Positions 61,121 through 64,000 of a stretch of DNA of 64,000 bases are shown here, piece after piece. Under the pieces are notes generated by a model. That model saw nothing but the letters and a program-made list of their open reading frames with translations. It did not search any database and was not told where the DNA came from. Numbering within the stretch: the stretch's first letter is position 1; each line of letters begins with the position of its first letter. Source of the DNA: Bdellovibrionota bacterium FG-1 (GTDB taxonomy: Bacteria > Bdellovibrionota > UBA1018); the NCBI GenBank assembly GCA_051382295.1, contig JBBCAW010000018.1:1-64000 (forward strand), in the 5' to 3' direction. A program made the position numbers and the translations under genes.

Positions 61121-62080
61121 ATGGTAAGTATTGAAGCTTCAGGTTCGAACCTTAAAAATTATCAGGGAATTTTACAAGCCAAGAGCTTTCCTGGGTTGCC
61201 CGCCGGGTGGGTTTCCGAGTGGGAAACTTTTCCGTCTTCGGATGGAAAACTGCAGCTCTTTCTGGTGGAGCACCATGCCCAGCAATGGGTGCGGCCCAAA
61301 GTTTTGGTGGTTTTTCATGGCCTAGGTGAACATGGGGGGCGGTATCTTCATGTCCCTCATTATTTACAGTCCGAAGTCGACGCGGTTTTTATGCTCGACC
61401 ATCGCGGGCATGGCCGATCGGAGGGATTACGGGGCCATGTCGAGAGTTTTGATGTTTTTTCCGCTGATGCGGCGCTCACGATTAAGCGAATCGACGAAAA
61501 GCTTCGCAAACGCTTCGGCCATTCTGAGATTCATGTCTTGGGTCACAGTATGGGTGGTCTTATTGTGCTCCGGATGCTGTTTTTGAACCCTGGCCTTCCG
61601 ATCGCGAGCGCCACAGTTTCAGCGCCACTCTTGGGGGTTAAAGTTGAGCTTTCGATCGCTAAGCGCGTGGCCGCTCAGCTTTTAGCGCGAGTTTGGGGTT
61701 CCCTGCAGATGAGTAGCGAAGTGAACCCCAAACTTCTCTCTCATGATAGCGAGGTGGCCGCGGCGTATGTCGCCGATCGCTTGGTTCATCGAAAGGGGAC
61801 GCCTAAATTTTATGTCGAAATGCACCACGCGATAGCCGACACGCTCAGGCGTGATTCGGGAATCGACGTCCCCTTGCAGATGCTCGTGCCGCTTCAGGAT
61901 CAAATTGTTGATCCCCAATGTTCCCAACAATTCTTTCGTTCGCTCAAGTTGCGCGAGAAACAACTGAAGACCTACCCTGGATTTTTTCACGAACCCTTCA
62001 ATGAAGTCGGTAAAGAACAAGCTTTTGAGGATTTACGCACATGGATTCAAACGCACTCGGCCCCCAAGAACTCGAATTAA
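61121..62080 (+). CDS. Alpha/beta hydrolase, lysophospholipase family
   Basis: HGLGEH..RY, DHRGHGRS, GHSMGG, FHEPFNE. Confidence 0.9.
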   Translation: MVSIEASGSNLKNYQGILQAKSFPGLPAGWVSEWETFPSSDGKLQLFLVEHHAQQWVRPKVLVVFHGLGEHGGRYLHVPHYLQSEVDAVFMLDHRGHGRSEGLRGHVESFDVFSADAALTIKRIDEKLRKRFGHSEIHVLGHSMGGLIVLRMLFLNPGLPIASATVSAPLLGVKVELSIAKRVAAQLLARVWGSLQMSSEVNPKLLSHDSEVAAAYVADRLVHRKGTPKFYVEMHHAIADTLRRDSGIDVPLQMLVPLQDQIVDPQCSQQFFRSLKLREKQLKTYPGFFHEPFNEVGKEQAFEDLRTWIQTHSAPKNSN

Positions 62081-62628
62081 GGGCCAAACTCACCCAGTGG
62101 GTTCGCAAACTCAGTTATCGGGAGGGGGATTTTACTCTGGCCTCCGGAAAAAAGAGTCGTTTTTACGTCGATCTCAAGGCGACGACCTTGCATCCCGAAG
62201 GCGCACATTTGATTGGCGAAGCCGCATTTGTCCTCCTGAAGCGTCTGGGCATCCAGGTCGAAGGAGTGGGGGGGCTCACGTTGGGCGCGGATCCTTTAGC
62301 CACGGCTTTGTCGCTTTGCGCGCGGACCCATGGCGAAACCTGGCCCGCTTTTATTGTTCGAAAAGAACCCAAGGATCATGGGACCGGAAAGTATATTGAG
62401 GGGATGGAAAATCTCAAACCCGGTGCGGCCGTGGTGGTTCTTGAGGATGTCGTCACGACGGGCGGCTCCAGTGTCAAAGCGATTGAGCGGCTGCGTGCCG
62501 AAGGACTCAAGCCCGTAGCCGTGGTGACCGTGGTGGATCGGGCCTCCGGGGGCGCGACGGCTTTTGAAGCGGTCGGGGTCCCTTATTATTGGCTGACCAC
62601 TCTTGCCGATGTTCAGGCTAGCCCTTAG
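62041..62628 (+). CDS. pyrE: Orotate phosphoribosyltransferase
   Basis: FTLASGKKS.FY.D, RKEPKDHG, VVLEDVVTTGGS. Confidence 0.93.
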   Translation: MDSNALGPQELELRAKLTQWVRKLSYREGDFTLASGKKSRFYVDLKATTLHPEGAHLIGEAAFVLLKRLGIQVEGVGGLTLGADPLATALSLCARTHGETWPAFIVRKEPKDHGTGKYIEGMENLKPGAAVVVLEDVVTTGGSSVKAIERLRAEGLKPVAVVTVVDRASGGATAFEAVGVPYYWLTTLADVQASP

Positions 62629-64000
62629 ATGACGGTGTCATGCAGGGCATTTCGGTCATTTTTTTCCGGATAGTCCGTGGTGTAGTGTAGACCGCGGCTT
62701 TCTTTGCGAAGTGAAGCGCAACGGACAATCAGTTCAGCCACGGTGAGTAGATTACGAAGTTCAACCAAATCTTTGGTGAGCAAAAAGTCCCAGTAATACG
62801 CATTCACTTCGGCCCGCAGAAGCTCAAGCCTTCTTAGCGCGCGATCAAGCCGTCGATCGCTCCGCACAATGCCAACGTAGTTCCACATGAGATAACGAAT
62901 TTCGAGCCAATTGGCGGCAATATCAATCTGCTCTTCGAGCGGAGCGGCGTGGCCCACATCCCACTCGGGGAGAGTCGGAAGCAAGGCGGAGTCCACACCG
63001 GGGGCCCCCTGGCTGCGCGCCTGGATGAGGCTTTGGAGTCGGCCCAGGGAATGCTCGACGGTGCGATGGGCAAAGACGACCGCTTCTAGTAAGGAATTGC
63101 TCGCCAGGCGATTGGCTCCATGGAGGCCGGTGCAGGCTACTTCGCCGACAGCGTACAAGCCTTCGATATTGGTCTGGGCATTGACGTCCACTAAGACGCC
63201 GCCACAGGTGTAGTGGCAGGCGGGCACGACGGGAATCGGAGTTTTGGCGATATCCAGGCCATAACCCAAACAGGTTTCATAAATGTTCGGGAATTTTTTT
63301 CGGAGTTCATCGGCCGGAATATGCGTGGCATCCAGTACCACGTGTTTGTCGCCCGTTCGCTTCATTTCCATGTCAATCGCGCGTGCCACCACATCACGAG
63401 GGGCGAGGGAGGCCAAAGGATGATGGCGATTCATAAACTGCTCGCCTGCCAGGTTTTTTAAAATCGCCCCTTCGCCGCGCATCGCTTCCGTAATCAAAAA
63501 AGTGCGGGCACTGGGGTGATAAAGGCAGGTCGGGTGAAACTGAATGAATTCAAGATTTGCAACCTCAGCGCCTGCTCGGTGGGCCATCGCAATACCGTCG
63601 CCCGTCGAAGTATCGGGATTAGTGGTGTAGAGATAGACTTTTCCGGCGCCTCCGGTGGCGAGCACCGTGACATCCGCGCCGAAGGTCTCCACCTTGCCGG
63701 TGCGCGTGTTTAAAATGTAAGCGCCTAAACAGCGGCCGGGGCGGCGCCATCTCTTGAGCAACTTACCCTCGGTAATGAGGTCTACGCCGATGTAGTGTTC
63801 CAAAAGACGGATATTGGGTGTTCGATAGACTTGGTCCAAAAGGGCTTTTTCGATGGCCCAGCCCGTGAGGTCATCGGCGTGTAAGATGCGACGTTGGCCA
63901 TGGCCGCCCTCGCGGTGGAGTGAAAAATCATTCGAGGCCAGCTTGGTGAACGCCACTCCCAGTTCAATCAACTCCTGAACGCGCGCGGGTCCTTCGCGGA
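62625..64000 (-). CDS. nadB: L-aspartate oxidase (5' end beyond the window)
   Basis: REGGH..RRILH, QFHPT, LITEA.RGEG, LAPRD, HYTCGG, GLHGANRLASNSLLE, ESRGLH. Confidence 0.93.
   Translation of the reverse strand, partial: REGPARVQELIELGVAFTKLASNDFSLHREGGHGQRRILHADDLTGWAIEKALLDQVYRTPNIRLLEHYIGVDLITEGKLLKRWRRPGRCLGAYILNTRTGKVETFGADVTVLATGGAGKVYLYTTNPDTSTGDGIAMAHRAGAEVANLEFIQFHPTCLYHPSARTFLITEAMRGEGAILKNLAGEQFMNRHHPLASLAPRDVVARAIDMEMKRTGDKHVVLDATHIPADELRKKFPNIYETCLGYGLDIAKTPIPVVPACHYTCGGVLVDVNAQTNIEGLYAVGEVACTGLHGANRLASNSLLEAVVFAHRTVEHSLGRLQSLIQARSQGAPGVDSALLPTLPEWDVGHAAPLEEQIDIAANWLEIRYLMWNYVGIVRSDRRLDRALRRLELLRAEVNAYYWDFLLTKDLVELRNLLTVAELIVRCASLRKESRGLHYTTDYPEKNDRNALHDTVI

Overview
Bacterial chromosome window of roughly balanced GC content. 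The host is probably Bdellovibrionota or a related former-deltaproteobacterial lineage, inferred from gene families only. The main feature is a compact, single-strand ~12 kb magnetosome gene cluster at about 7.6-20.2 kb. Its order is: c-type cytochrome/Cys-rich gene, mamI x2, mamA, mamQ, mad2-like, a 43-aa membrane peptide missed by the ORF track, mamB, mamP-like, split mamE (PDZ part and protease part), a catalytically dead mamO/EO-like protease, two Cys-rich membrane proteins, mamL, EcsC-like, mamM, mad7-like and mad8-like. No mamK or feoAB is present in the window. On the left it is flanked by an IS1-like transposase, palindromic repeats, a DUF433/PIN toxin-antitoxin pair, a ParA pair and an IS-truncated phosphorelay with a hemerythrin. 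On the right it is flanked by internally deleted pseudogenes. The remainder is mostly housekeeping or metabolic: phaR-like, murF, MMPL, mlaE/mlaD, puuD, hisS, dut, a sensor kinase, GH5 mannanase, cydAB, pgm, gap, scoAB, a fused E1 2-oxoacid dehydrogenase with a FabD-like gene and gcdH, ggt, vWA lipoproteins, truncated kdpFA, GYF-PilZ, pyrE and nadB. All calls rest on motif and synteny recognition; no database searches were run.
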